Positions 49,101 to 57,008 of a DNA stretch of 64,000 nucleotides are shown in pieces. The stretch spans positions 48,536 through 112,535 of the forward strand of contig JAWXUL010000004.1 in NCBI GenBank assembly GCA_044432725.1, in the 5' to 3' direction. The stretch's first letter is position 1, and every line of letters starts with the position of its first letter. Under the pieces are notes generated by a model. The model saw nothing but the letters and a program-made list of their open reading frames with translations. It made no database searches and was not told where the DNA came from. The stretch comes from Eubacteriales bacterium. GTDB taxonomy: Bacteria > Bacillota > Clostridia > Oscillospirales > Oscillospiraceae. Position numbers and translations under genes: made by a program.

Positions 49101-49416
49101 TTTGTTCTGAGATTTCTGCTTTTTCGTGGCTGGTATCATTCCCAGCTTTTCGAATAAAATCAAGTCGAAAGAACAACTCAGGATCTATAAACTGCTTAAA
49201 GCAACGAGCCGTCAACAGGCTGTGAAGGGTGCTGTTTTCTGGAAAATATAGTGCATTTTCCACAGAATAGAGCCATTTTATGGCGAACTCCATGGCTCTG
49301 CGACAGTTGACTGCTGCTGTGGCAGGGTCAATGGCAAAGCATTTCTCTGCATTCACTGCCACTTTGGCAAAGGTTTGAAATTGTGGTTCTTTGGTAAAAT
49401 GATCGAAGTTGGTCAT
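46138..49416 (-). CDS. hsdR: type I restriction endonuclease subunit R
   Basis: N-terminal DUF4145-like region, helicase motifs MATGSGKTRT and ICDEAHRS (DEAH), QMIGRGTR. Start set at ATG 49416 (MTNFDHF), just after the DUF559 remnant stop. Confidence 0.9.
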   Translation of the reverse strand: MTNFDHFTKEPQFQTFAKVAVNAEKCFAIDPATAAVNCRRAMEFAIKWLYSVENALYFPENSTLHSLLTARCFKQFIDPELFFRLDFIRKAGNDTSHEKAEISEQKATICLQNLYIFLDFLGYCYGEHYEDREFDPVLLKQGEAVPASPISEVDFTTLQKEKEDVREELSQRCEEKKESYEPKPLDLSEYATRKIYIDTMLRDLGWKQKGNWIDEVELQGMPNKSEVGFADYVLYDDVGKPLAVIEAKRTSVSVEKGRIQGTLYAELLEKQHGVKPVLFLTNGFEYRLLDWQYPERKVAGIYAKRDLEKLYNLRKQRTPLKNIEMNKKIADRYYQEGAIRAVCRTLEENQRKALLVMATGSGKTRTVIALCEILQKHGWVKNILFLADRTPLISQAKRSFVNLLPNLSCTNLCEDKKNTSAHCVFSTYQTMINCIDTIKDKDGKLFTTGHFDLVICDEAHRSIYNKYKDIFTYFDAPLVGLTATPKDEIDKNTYEIFQLDKGIPTYGYELAQAVRDGYLVDFMSVESKLKFIDEGIHYDDLSDEEKEEFEETFTDDAGNVPKKILSSALNEWLFNEDTISKVLDLVMTQGISVDYGSKLGKTIVFAKNHLHAEKIYEIFNKNYPHLPGFAQVIDNYINYAETAIDSFTDGNKMPHIAISVDMLDTGIDIPEVVNLVFFKRVMSKAKFWQMIGRGTRLCPNLIDGTDKSKFYIFDCCGNFKFFRMHEGKTSNNILPLQGALVNLKAKLVLLLQDFDYQSPELQEIRENLVIEVVGKVSELNKEHFAVQQHLEFVEKFSDKKAYDSLTSQDTALISEHLAHLILPDKDEISALRFDALLYGIEFAFLAKKPMSKGIGDLFQRVNDISRIQNVPEITAQHELIEKILHNDYMGEATIPEFEHIRKSLRGLVKFIKKEHRIYSTNFTDEITTEWHESDLENDDLKNYKEKAEFYVREHQNHPTIAKLKHNEPLTFEDMVDLQDILWSQVGTAEEYENTFGEKPLGEFVREILGLDMNAAKKAFGVFLSNANLDDRQIYFVNQIVEYIVENGMMKDLSVLQEAPFTSKGSVVEIFTDLSVWQGIHKIIQEINQNVKV

Positions 49417-49417
49417 C

Positions 49418-49774
49418 TTATTCATTCCTTTCTGTAATGATTGCATCATTAAGTTTTTGGCAAACTTCTCGAAAATGATTTTTCACTTCGTGATTGGTAA
49501 AACGAATGACTTTTAAGCCTAAACTATATAAGATTTTTGTTCTTTCTGTATCATAACTCATACCTTCCTCAGTATAATGCTGAGATCAGTCAAGTTCTAT
49601 CACCAGTTTAGCTTTGTGACAATAAAAGTCAACGATATAATTACCAATGATACGTTGTTTATAAATTTTGACTGGGTAGTGCCTCAAAAAATCGTACCAC
49701 AATTTTCTTTCTTCTTGTGTCATTTCTTTTCTTAGGCTTTTGGCTCTGCTAAGTAATTTATTGTTTTTCATCAC
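49418..49774 (-). pseudogene. DUF559 (Vsr-like endonuclease) gene with an in-frame TGA at 49586..49588
   Basis: Same frame reads ...YCHKAKLVIELD*SQHYTEEGMSYDTERTKILYSLGLKVIRFTNHEV. The stop sits where I remember this family having Gly (ELDGxxH), so GGA->TGA is the likely change. Confidence 0.7.
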
Positions 49775-49805
49775 TTCTGCTCAAAGATTCGCAATTTTCA
49801 AGAAC

Positions 49806-49946
49806 GCCCTCTCAGTCTTTTCCCCTGAAGAACACCCTCTCAGTCGCCTGAGGGCGACAGCTCTCCCAAAGGGAGAGCCAAAAGCCACGCACCCTCCTCT
49901 GCCTCTCCCTCTGGGAGAGGTGCCTCCGCAGAGGCGGAGAGGGTTA
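49806..49946. repeat. second copy of the GC-rich structured repeat family
   Basis: CCCTCTCAGTC...GACAGCTCTCCCAAAGGGAGAGCCAAAAG...GCCTCTCCC-TCT-GGGAGAGG-TGCCTCC-GCA-GAGGCGG-AGAGGGTTACCC aligns with units of 28803..29182. Fills the hsdS-DUF559 gap. Confidence 0.75.
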
Positions 49947-51056
49947 CCCAAAATACCCCTGCATTCTCTCTGCAAAGAGCATTTCCATCTTCACAAGCCC
50001 CTCTTCCATTTCTTTTTTTGCTTCCTCTACGCTTTGGACGTATAGGGCGAATTGTTCTTGGAGGGGGAGGGGGGGGAGAGGGAAACTTATTTCATTTAAC
50101 TTCGATTGATTTAGTTTTGGTTGTGCAGAGCCAGTTACGAATGGTGTTAAATCAATTTTGTTAAATAAATATTCGCAGTAAGTTTGTGTTGCTGTTGCGT
50201 GGAAAGAAAGTACATGAGCATGATTATTAATCCAACATTTTTCTTCAACAGAAAATGCTATAGCTGTTGTTCTAGCGAGTAGATTTGCCCCATCTTCGGA
50301 AATTAAAAGTAGTCTTTCATCAAAAATATAGTCGTTTACATAATCAATTATACCAGAAGCTCCATAATAGGGATATTTTCCAAGTTTTCGATCGTTACTT
50401 GTTATCGGAACCCTTCTGTTATCTAAATTTTTCGAAACATCATCAAGATTTTTTTCCTCCCACGCCATAGGATTCACCACTGGATCCCCAAACATCTCCA
50501 CAAACTTCGCCTTCACTAGCAAATTCAGTTTCTTGATTTGCTCTTTCCGTAGAGCGATGATTTCACTGATTTCATCTAATTCGTGAGCGATTTCTTGCTG
50601 TTTTTCAAGGGGTGGGAGGGGGAGATTAAATTTTGACAGCCAACCTGTATTCAAATTTGCTTGTGACGCACCTTTTACATTTTGTCTAATTTGTTCAAAA
50701 AAGCTTTTTGAAAACATCCAATAATACAAATATTTCAATTCTAAATTATCTTTATTTTTATTTCTAAAGAACCCTAAACTCACGAAAGTTCCAAATAAAG
50801 GAGTGTTTTTTTCAATTATTACTGGTTTCCCCAATGTTCCAACACGACAGAATAGCATATCACCAATTTGTGGCTTTGCACCTTTAGGTAGCGAGTTATA
50901 TTCTTCTTCTGTAATGTAACTGCATTTTTCAAAATTTATAAAACCTTGACTGATATCTTTAACAGATAGAAAAGGAACTCCCTGCTCTTGGTATTTAGGT
51001 GTATGCGTTAGTCCTAACGAAATCTGAACTATTTCTTCTAACTTCACTTCACTCAT
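49944..51056 (-). CDS. hsdS: type I restriction-modification specificity subunit S
   Basis: Two target-recognition halves separated by conserved helices (LPPLEKQQEIAHELD / LPPLPLQEQFALYV). ATG 51056 overlaps the hsdM stop (ATGAGTGA). Confidence 0.9.
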   Translation of the reverse strand: MSEVKLEEIVQISLGLTHTPKYQEQGVPFLSVKDISQGFINFEKCSYITEEEYNSLPKGAKPQIGDMLFCRVGTLGKPVIIEKNTPLFGTFVSLGFFRNKNKDNLELKYLYYWMFSKSFFEQIRQNVKGASQANLNTGWLSKFNLPLPPLEKQQEIAHELDEISEIIALRKEQIKKLNLLVKAKFVEMFGDPVVNPMAWEEKNLDDVSKNLDNRRVPITSNDRKLGKYPYYGASGIIDYVNDYIFDERLLLISEDGANLLARTTAIAFSVEEKCWINNHAHVLSFHATATQTYCEYLFNKIDLTPFVTGSAQPKLNQSKLNEISFPLPPLPLQEQFALYVQSVEEAKKEMEEGLVKMEMLFAERMQGYFG

Positions 51057-52548
51057 AAAACCCCTCCAACGCTTCCAATTTCGCCCCAATTTTTTTCTCT
51101 ATCTCAGAAATATCTGCTAAAATCTCCTTTGTTGGTGGGTAGACTTCTGCCACATACACTGTCTTTTTATACTTATTGATTGACAAATCATAGGCATTTT
51201 CCACGATTTCCTCTTTGGGAACGATGAAACTTTGTTCCGTCCGTTCCCGACTTCCCTCTGCCTCAACTTTACTAAATCGCTCCAAAATATCAGGGATATC
51301 GTTGTCAGAAATCTCACTTCGCTTGTCATCCAGTGAAAAACCATCAGCCTTCATGTCATAAAACCACACAGAATCTGTTCCACCATGCCCTGTTTTTGTA
51401 AAAATCAAAATCCCTGTACTCACCCCAGCATAGGGCTTAAATACCCCTGAAGGCATGGAAATCACAGCTTCAAGGCGATGATTTTCAATAATTTCTTTCC
51501 GAATCGCCTTATGCGCCGTAGAACCACCGAACAAAACACCATCAGGGACAATGACAGCACAGCGACCACCCACACGCAACATACGCAGCATCAGTGCGAG
51601 AAAAAGAAGTTCACTTTTCTTGGTTTTGCATACTTTTATCAGATGTCCAGAGACAATATCGTTGTCAATGCTTCCTTTAAAGGGTGGATTCGCCAAAATC
51701 AGAGAATATTTTTCGAAATCCGTGTTCTGATCTGACAAACTATCCCGATAATCTATGGAAGGGTTGTCCACACCGTGACTCATCATGTTCATAGCACCAA
51801 TGCGAAGCATGGTAGCGTCTGTGTCATAACCTGTGAACATTTCATTCATATAATGGTCCTTTGTTTCTTTGTTTCGGAGAATTTCACCATTATTTTTCTC
51901 TTTTAAGTAGTCACCACTTGCCACCAGAAAGCCAGATGTGCCACAAGCAGGGTCACAGATGAAATCCGTAGCAGAAGGTTCCATCAACTCCACCATCATA
52001 CGAATGATGTGTCTTGGCGTGCGAAATTGACCATTTAAGCCAGATTGTGCAATTTTTGAGAGCAAATACTCATAGACATCCCCACCAATATCCTTGTTGT
52101 GGAGTTCGTCCATACTAGCATAAATCTCATCTAAGGAATCCACCACTTTTGACAGCAATAAGGGGGTGGGGAGGTTAAAATTTGCCTTTTCCATATACTT
52201 AGCGTAAGAAGTTTGTTTTTCTCCGTGGAGATTCTTGATGAAAGGAAAGACAAAGTTACCCATCATGTCAAACATTTTTTCAGCAGGGAAATCGTGAAAA
52301 ACGGACCATTTCAGCTGTTCCCCAGAGATGGTTTCTCCTGAAATGGTGACTTCCTCAGGAAAAAGTGACTGAAAAGGCAGTCCTAACATGGCTGATTCCT
52401 TATTTCTCATCATATCGTTGTAATCCAGTCCACGAATGAACATCAAATAGGTGATTTGTTCCACCACTTCCAGTGGGTTCACGATGCCACCCGCTGCGAA
52501 CATATCCCATAAGCTGTCGATTTTGTTACGTAATTCCCCTGTAATCAT
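51049..52548 (-). CDS. hsdM: type I restriction-modification DNA methyltransferase subunit M (N6-adenine)
   Basis: 499 aa. FRTPRHII, DPACGTSGFL (motif I), LANPPFKGS (motif IV). Confidence 0.92.
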   Translation of the reverse strand: MITGELRNKIDSLWDMFAAGGIVNPLEVVEQITYLMFIRGLDYNDMMRNKESAMLGLPFQSLFPEEVTISGETISGEQLKWSVFHDFPAEKMFDMMGNFVFPFIKNLHGEKQTSYAKYMEKANFNLPTPLLLSKVVDSLDEIYASMDELHNKDIGGDVYEYLLSKIAQSGLNGQFRTPRHIIRMMVELMEPSATDFICDPACGTSGFLVASGDYLKEKNNGEILRNKETKDHYMNEMFTGYDTDATMLRIGAMNMMSHGVDNPSIDYRDSLSDQNTDFEKYSLILANPPFKGSIDNDIVSGHLIKVCKTKKSELLFLALMLRMLRVGGRCAVIVPDGVLFGGSTAHKAIRKEIIENHRLEAVISMPSGVFKPYAGVSTGILIFTKTGHGGTDSVWFYDMKADGFSLDDKRSEISDNDIPDILERFSKVEAEGSRERTEQSFIVPKEEIVENAYDLSINKYKKTVYVAEVYPPTKEILADISEIEKKIGAKLEALEGFYE

Positions 52549-52615
52549 AATTGTACCTCATTATTTCTTTGTTTTAGAGGAAAAGCCTTCCTCTTTGTCA
52601 GTTCTTGTCAAAATA

Positions 52616-52644
52616 ATTATACCATAATAGGGAAATGATTACAA
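52616..52644 (-). promoter_or_regulatory. sigma-A-type promoter of hsdMS(R)
   Basis: Minus strand: TTGTAA, 17-nt spacer, TGgTATAAT (extended -10). About 65 nt upstream of the hsdM ATG. Confidence 0.5.
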
Positions 52645-52674
52645 GGAGAGGGGAGGGATTTCGTGGGATTTTCC

Positions 52675-52850
52675 ATGATGTCAACCCTAAGGAGAAAAAT
52701 CCTCCCAGTAAACCTCTCTCATCCTTGGCTATCATCTTGAAAGAGAGGGATGTAACATTGTTGAGTTCGTAACACTGATCGAGGTAGGAAAGGACTGATA
52801 CAAACATAAAAAATAGGCAGTCTTTCACAAGAAAGACTGCCAAAAAATAT
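52675..52850 (-). repeat. right inner arm of the long-range inverted repeat (partner 33183..33435)
   Basis: The reverse complement reads GGCAGTCTTTCTTGTGAAAGACTGCC...ACCTCGATCAGTGTTACGAACTCAACAATG...CAAGATGATAGCCAAGGATGAGAGAGGTTT. Confidence 0.8.
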
Positions 52851-52875
52851 AACTATTTCTTCTGTTGTTCGCCAC

Positions 52876-53112
52876 TTATATATCTTCCACTTCTATAAAA
52901 AGTTGGTATGGCTCAATTCCTAGAACTAGGCAAATACGAAAAAGAATGTCCAAAGAAGGGGTTTTCTCGACGTTTCGTGCCTCGATATGACTGATATGTG
53001 TGCGAGATATGTTTGTCTTATGTGCCAATCCTTCTTGGGTTAAATGCTTCTTTTTTCTGTAATAAGCCACATTTTTTCCAATTATTTCATAGTAGTCCAT
53101 AGTTTCGTCCAT
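52876..53112 (-). CDS. XRE-family HTH transcriptional regulator (possible controller of the R-M operon)
   Basis: 78 aa. YRKKKHLTQEGLAHKTNISRTHISHIEARN is a classic Cro/C1 HTH. Same strand as, and directly upstream of, hsdM. Confidence 0.8.
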   Translation of the reverse strand: MDETMDYYEIIGKNVAYYRKKKHLTQEGLAHKTNISRTHISHIEARNVEKTPSLDILFRICLVLGIEPYQLFIEVEDI

Positions 53113-53207
53113 TTCATCACCCTTATTAAGTGTAACCTAAAACAGTCATCAATTTGCTTGCTATAAGCTAGCAAATCTGTTATACTTTATTCAGAGGAGG
53201 TGACTTT

Positions 53208-53385
53208 ATGACCTGTCGCCATAGATTTTGTATCTACCAAGAAGATAACCAATGCACTGCTGGAGAAGTCAGCCTAGATGAAGTTGGTATGGTTAGGATT
53301 GTGTTGTATTTCTTTGTCAGACGAAGCACTGGAGAAGGAAAAAGAAAAACTCAGAAAGAAATACGATTATGATGATTTCGACTAA
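53208..53385 (+). pseudogene. frameshifted paralogue of the small Cys-rich gene
   Basis: The first 84 nt differ from the 32826..32743 copy at 2 positions. Two 1-nt deletions then shift the frame after ...EVGM. The homologous C-terminus (CCISLSDEALEKEKEKLRKKY) continues in another frame to TAA 53383..53385. Confidence 0.65.
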
Positions 53386-53413
53386 GCGTGATAAAGTAAA
53401 ATCACACAAACAA

Positions 53414-53453
53414 ACACCCCCAAATGTTAGAAAAATCTAAGATTTGGGGGTGT
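53414..53453. terminator. bidirectional terminator hairpin
   Basis: ACACCCCCAAAT-loop-ATTTGGGGGTGT between convergent genes. Confidence 0.65.
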
Positions 53454-53519
53454 ATTTAAATGACCAAGGGGTTTTCAAAAATCCCGTGAATAGAAGCTGT
53501 GAGTCAGGCTCTCACTGCC

Positions 53520-54239
53520 CTAAGTGTTTGCGGAAAGGGCACGCTCTCCACCACCAAGGGCTTTGCAAATATTTTGGTATTTTCCACAGACGATGAGTCT
53601 GTCTCCTTCACGAAAATAGTCCTCAGCATGGACTTTGTCAGGTTGCCTGCCAGCACGTTCTAGCAAAATGACCAAAATACCATATTTGTCCCCGATGCAG
53701 CTGTCACGTAGCATTTTGTTTGAAAATTCCTCTGGTACTTTCCTTAAATTAACCTCAACTATGGCGTTATGCCCTATGTGGTCCAGAAGCAAAATTCGAT
53801 TTTCATAGTTTCCGTGGACCAGTTTTTCTGCAACAGCTTCGATGCGTTTGTTGATAAATCGGCTTGCTGTTTTGTTTCTTCCAAGCATTTCCACCACGAG
53901 TAAAAGCACCAATGGAATGGATAACTGCCACCACACATGTTGTAGCTCGAACTGGTTCAAAGACACAAAAACATTCACCAAAGCAGACATAATGGTGACC
54001 GAAAAAGCATACCCAAAAACCATAATAATATGTGAAAGTTTTCTTCGCACAGGGGTAGATATTGCCATTTCACTCTCTTTTGTGGTAAATCCACAGCCAG
54101 TGAGCAAGGCAACTACCTGAAAACGTGCCTTTTCTCTGGGCATTCCAGTAAAACGAAATAATACTGTAAAGATAGAAACAATAAACTGGTAAATAATCAC
54201 CAAAAGTGCAAACAAAGTAAAAGACCCAAAGATACCCAT
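53520..54239 (-). CDS. membrane protein with a C-terminal TrkA-C (RCK_C)-like domain
   Basis: 239 aa. N-terminal TM helices, then a soluble C-terminus (LRDSCIGDKYGILVILLERAGRQPDKVHAEDYFREGDRLIVCG) that resembles the TrkA-C fold signature. Confidence 0.55.
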   Translation of the reverse strand: MGIFGSFTLFALLVIIYQFIVSIFTVLFRFTGMPREKARFQVVALLTGCGFTTKESEMAISTPVRRKLSHIIMVFGYAFSVTIMSALVNVFVSLNQFELQHVWWQLSIPLVLLLVVEMLGRNKTASRFINKRIEAVAEKLVHGNYENRILLLDHIGHNAIVEVNLRKVPEEFSNKMLRDSCIGDKYGILVILLERAGRQPDKVHAEDYFREGDRLIVCGKYQNICKALGGGERALSANT

Positions 54240-54610
54240 GGAAAACTCCTTTTATGTTACTGTTATATAATGTAAAACGTTCACCTTCATTATAACAAAC
54301 ATCTAGGATGAAATCAATACTTTTCGTAAAAATTCTGACAATTCCTCATTCCCCTCTTTAGGAAAAATAATCCCCTCAAATTCCCTAAAAATCTTCCACG
54401 GCTCTTTCTTTTGTCCTTGTCAATCCCTCAAGAAGTATCTCGATTCGTCATTTTTTTGTACGACCTTGACATTCCCCATAGAAAGCACGCATTTTCTCTA
54501 AATCAAAAAGAGAATCATGAGGCATTGTCTTGACTTTTACAATGCCAATGGTATATAATAAGCTATACTCTTTATGCCAAATTACAAGCATATTTTAAGG
54601 ATATTATAAC

Positions 54611-54766
54611 GTGAAAATCATCAAAAATCTAGTCCTCACTACAACAATCTGTGCAACTTTATCAGGGAAAGAACAACCACCAGATTTTGGTTTTGACCCT
54701 TCAAAACCTGCTGATGAAGTAACCCATGAACAAATGCTAGAATCCTCTCAAACAAGTTGGAGTTAA
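54611..54766 (+). CDS. possible small secreted peptide (51 aa)
   Basis: GTG start 9 nt after AAGGA. Strong upstream promoter TTGACT-18-TATAAT (54530..54559). VKIIKNLVLTTTICATLSG... is signal-peptide-like. Below the ORF-track size cut-off. Confidence 0.3.
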   Translation: MKIIKNLVLTTTICATLSGKEQPPDFGFDPSKPADEVTHEQMLESSQTSWS

Positions 54767-54779
54767 AACCTAGCCCCAA

Positions 54780-54900
54780 CCACAACCCACAACGATATCT
54801 ATAGGAGAAAATTATTGTTCTGAAAAAGTTATTAATCCTTGGTGGATTCAGAACTTTTTCAGGGCGAAAATTAGGGAGCCTATGCTGGAACAAGACTCTC
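54780..54900 (+). repeat. copy B of the three-copy intergenic element (core GAAAAAGTTATTAATCCTTGGTGGATTCAGAAC)
   Basis: Core at 54822..54855, same orientation as copies A and C. Confidence 0.5.
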
Positions 54901-55114
54901 TGGAGAGCTTGATTTCTCTGGAAAAATTATGCAGAAAATAAAGTATTAAACTTGACAGCAAGGAACAAGTATGGTATGATATACCAATATGAAAAATATT
55001 TAAGCTCAAAGGCTTCATTATTTTGATTGAAAGCTATGGTTTCAAGTTGTTGCCTTGATTTCTGTAGAATCTTACAGTAGCAAATTATATATTATGACAG
55101 AGAGAAGTGGTTCT

Positions 55115-55873
55115 ATGAACTTTATGAAAGATATTTTAAGTGATTTTGTTGAAAGTGATAAAAATTTCATTCGGCATCTCCTAGGTATGCCTAATAATGC
55201 TACTGAAAAGCAGAAAAAATTATGGAAAGTGCTTTTGCTAGGCACTGTAGGATTTGCATTTTTCTCGATTCTTCGTGTCTTATTTAATTTTCAACCACTA
55301 TTTATTAAAGTGATCACAGTTATCGTTCTTCTCGCTGATTTATTTTTACTGGCGACAGACCGTGATAATATGGATGAACTTTTTGAAAAACCCACGTTCC
55401 TTATAGCTTTAGCTAGTGGGTTATTATTGTCCTTTGTGGGTATGTTACTCTACCTTAGCTACGCAATTTGGTTCATTTCCATGATTATCGGTTTTGTTCG
55501 TGGGGCAGACCGAAAACCGATATATCGTATTTTGGCAGCACTCACCAGTGGAATTGGGGGATTTGCTCTTGGGTTTAGTGTAAAAAATGTCCTATTTGAG
55601 TTGGTTGGTATGATTATCATTATCATTGTCTTTAAATATGTGCTTTTTGGCATGACAGCTCTTTTTGGTGTTGCAGCTGTAGCAGGTGTGATTGACGGAA
55701 GTAAACCTCGCTCGGAAGGAGCACAATCAGTATTGGATGGCATTAATGATGAAGGCGTTCAGTATGAGTATGTTGTAGATGAGGCAAGGTTAAAACAACA
55801 CTTGGCAAATGATCGAGTGAAACTGAAGACCGAGTTGAATAATATTGCTTATCGTAATCGACATGGAAAATGA
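55115..55873 (+). CDS. polytopic membrane protein (function unknown)
   Basis: About 252 aa from ATG 55115 (start uncertain; the ORF opens at 55055). Five or six hydrophobic segments. A terminator hairpin follows at 55917..55951. Confidence 0.55.
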   Translation: MNFMKDILSDFVESDKNFIRHLLGMPNNATEKQKKLWKVLLLGTVGFAFFSILRVLFNFQPLFIKVITVIVLLADLFLLATDRDNMDELFEKPTFLIALASGLLLSFVGMLLYLSYAIWFISMIIGFVRGADRKPIYRILAALTSGIGGFALGFSVKNVLFELVGMIIIIIVFKYVLFGMTALFGVAAVAGVIDGSKPRSEGAQSVLDGINDEGVQYEYVVDEARLKQHLANDRVKLKTELNNIAYRNRHGK

Positions 55874-56149
55874 CATAAGACAACTTGAAAACACTTTTTC
55901 TAGTACATGAACCATTGAAAGAGGTCAGCCACACAAAGGCTGACCTCTTTCATATTGCGTAATACTTTATCTCAAAATTATCTTATTCATTCTATTAAAT
56001 CGTGATATAATGAAGCAAATGAACGGATATACCTATGAAACAAGTATAAAATTATCTGTGTGGTGAATTTATGCGTTTATTCCTGAAAAACATTGGAAAA
56101 CTGTAAGAAGCTGACATCAAGCTAGATGGCGTCACACTGTGGACAAACG

Positions 56150-56380
56150 GACAATTTGCTGTAGGTATGAATGGGTTTCAGGGACGAGGACAGCACTTTA
56201 ACGACTGTACCCCAGGGCACTCTCCCTTGCTCCTTTAGAGCAATTCACCTTGAGGAAACAGTTCTTCAAAAAGTTTAAAATTGAGAGTCATCCTTGGTGG
56301 ATTACCGAGATTTTTATCGATTTTAAAGAGCTTATTTTAGCAAAAGTAGAGAATGGGGATTGTGCGCTGTTGTCTTAAAA
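56150..56380 (+). repeat. copy C of the three-copy intergenic element (core CAAAAAGTTTAAAATTGAGAGTCATCCTTGGTGGATTACCGAG)
   Basis: Core at 56267..56309. Preceded by a 12-codon ATPase-like ORF remnant at 56071..56106. Confidence 0.55.
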
Positions 56381-56396
56381 ATTTTCAAAAAACTTC

Positions 56397-56425
56397 TTGA
56401 CAAGGACGTTAACTTGTGCTAATAT
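56397..56425 (+). promoter_or_regulatory. sigma-A-type promoter of the MarR gene, followed by a palindrome ACTTAG-TAGTC-CTAAGT
   Basis: TTGACA, 17-nt spacer, TAATAT. The palindrome immediately downstream (about 56430..56446) is a candidate MarR operator. Confidence 0.55.
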
Positions 56426-56472
56426 GAATACACTTAGTAGTCCTAAGTAAAAAAGAACTGGGAGAGTTATCT

Positions 56473-56937
56473 GTGGACGAGATGAATTTATTCAATGAGC
56501 ACATGGACGCATTACAAAAACAGATTCATTTGCTCAAAAAAGTACGAACAGCAGAATACGGATTCTTTCAAAATAGTGATACTAACATTTTAAGACGTAT
56601 TCAAAAACATGAGAAAAAGCAGGGCGTGAAGACAACTTCGGTGAAAATCAGTCAACAACTGGGCATCACCCAAGCGACAATTACACCAATGCTAGACAGA
56701 TTATTAAAGAAAGGATATATTACCAAAGAAATTTCTCCCACAGATAAAAGGGCGAAATTGCTGTCGATCACGCCAGAGGGACAGGCTTATTTAACAGAAA
56801 CAAGTAATGCTGAAAAAAAACAAATTGAAAAGCTAATCACCTATCTAGGGGAAGAGGACACAAGGGAATGTATCCGGCTTTTACAGAAAATGACCCGCTT
56901 TCTTTGTGAGAACAATCCATCTCCAAGGGGAAAATAA
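56473..56937 (+). CDS. MarR-family transcriptional regulator
   Basis: 154 aa, GTG start after GGGAGAG. KISQQLGITQATITPMLDRLLKKGYITKEISPTDKRAKLLSITPEG is a typical MarR winged helix. Confidence 0.85.
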   Translation: MDEMNLFNEHMDALQKQIHLLKKVRTAEYGFFQNSDTNILRRIQKHEKKQGVKTTSVKISQQLGITQATITPMLDRLLKKGYITKEISPTDKRAKLLSITPEGQAYLTETSNAEKKQIEKLITYLGEEDTRECIRLLQKMTRFLCENNPSPRGK

Positions 56938-57008
56938 GACAAAAAGTGCTGCTTAGCACTATTTTTTGAATAAAAAAATACTTAGGTGTACGAAGAAAAG
57001 GAGAACAA

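Noticed and set aside
49586-49588. TGA-to-glycine recoding (genetic code 25-like) in the DUF559 gene
   Set aside because: TGA clearly terminates well-conserved genes here: asnB at 28243..28245, hsdM at 51049..51051 and the ABC ATPase at 44295..44297. A GGA->TGA nonsense mutation is the simple explanation.
52598-52843. 81-aa ORF (MAVFLVKDCLFF...) between the XRE gene and hsdM
   Set aside because: It spans a terminator hairpin and the predicted hsdM promoter. The aligned codon differences I checked against the left-arm copy are all non-synonymous, and it has no RBS.
31893-53453. skin-like intervening element associated with sigK
   Set aside because: The sigK ORF is intact (a full pro-sequence through region 4). 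The repeat-bracketed segment lies beside the gene, not inside it, and no SpoIVCA-like recombinase is present.
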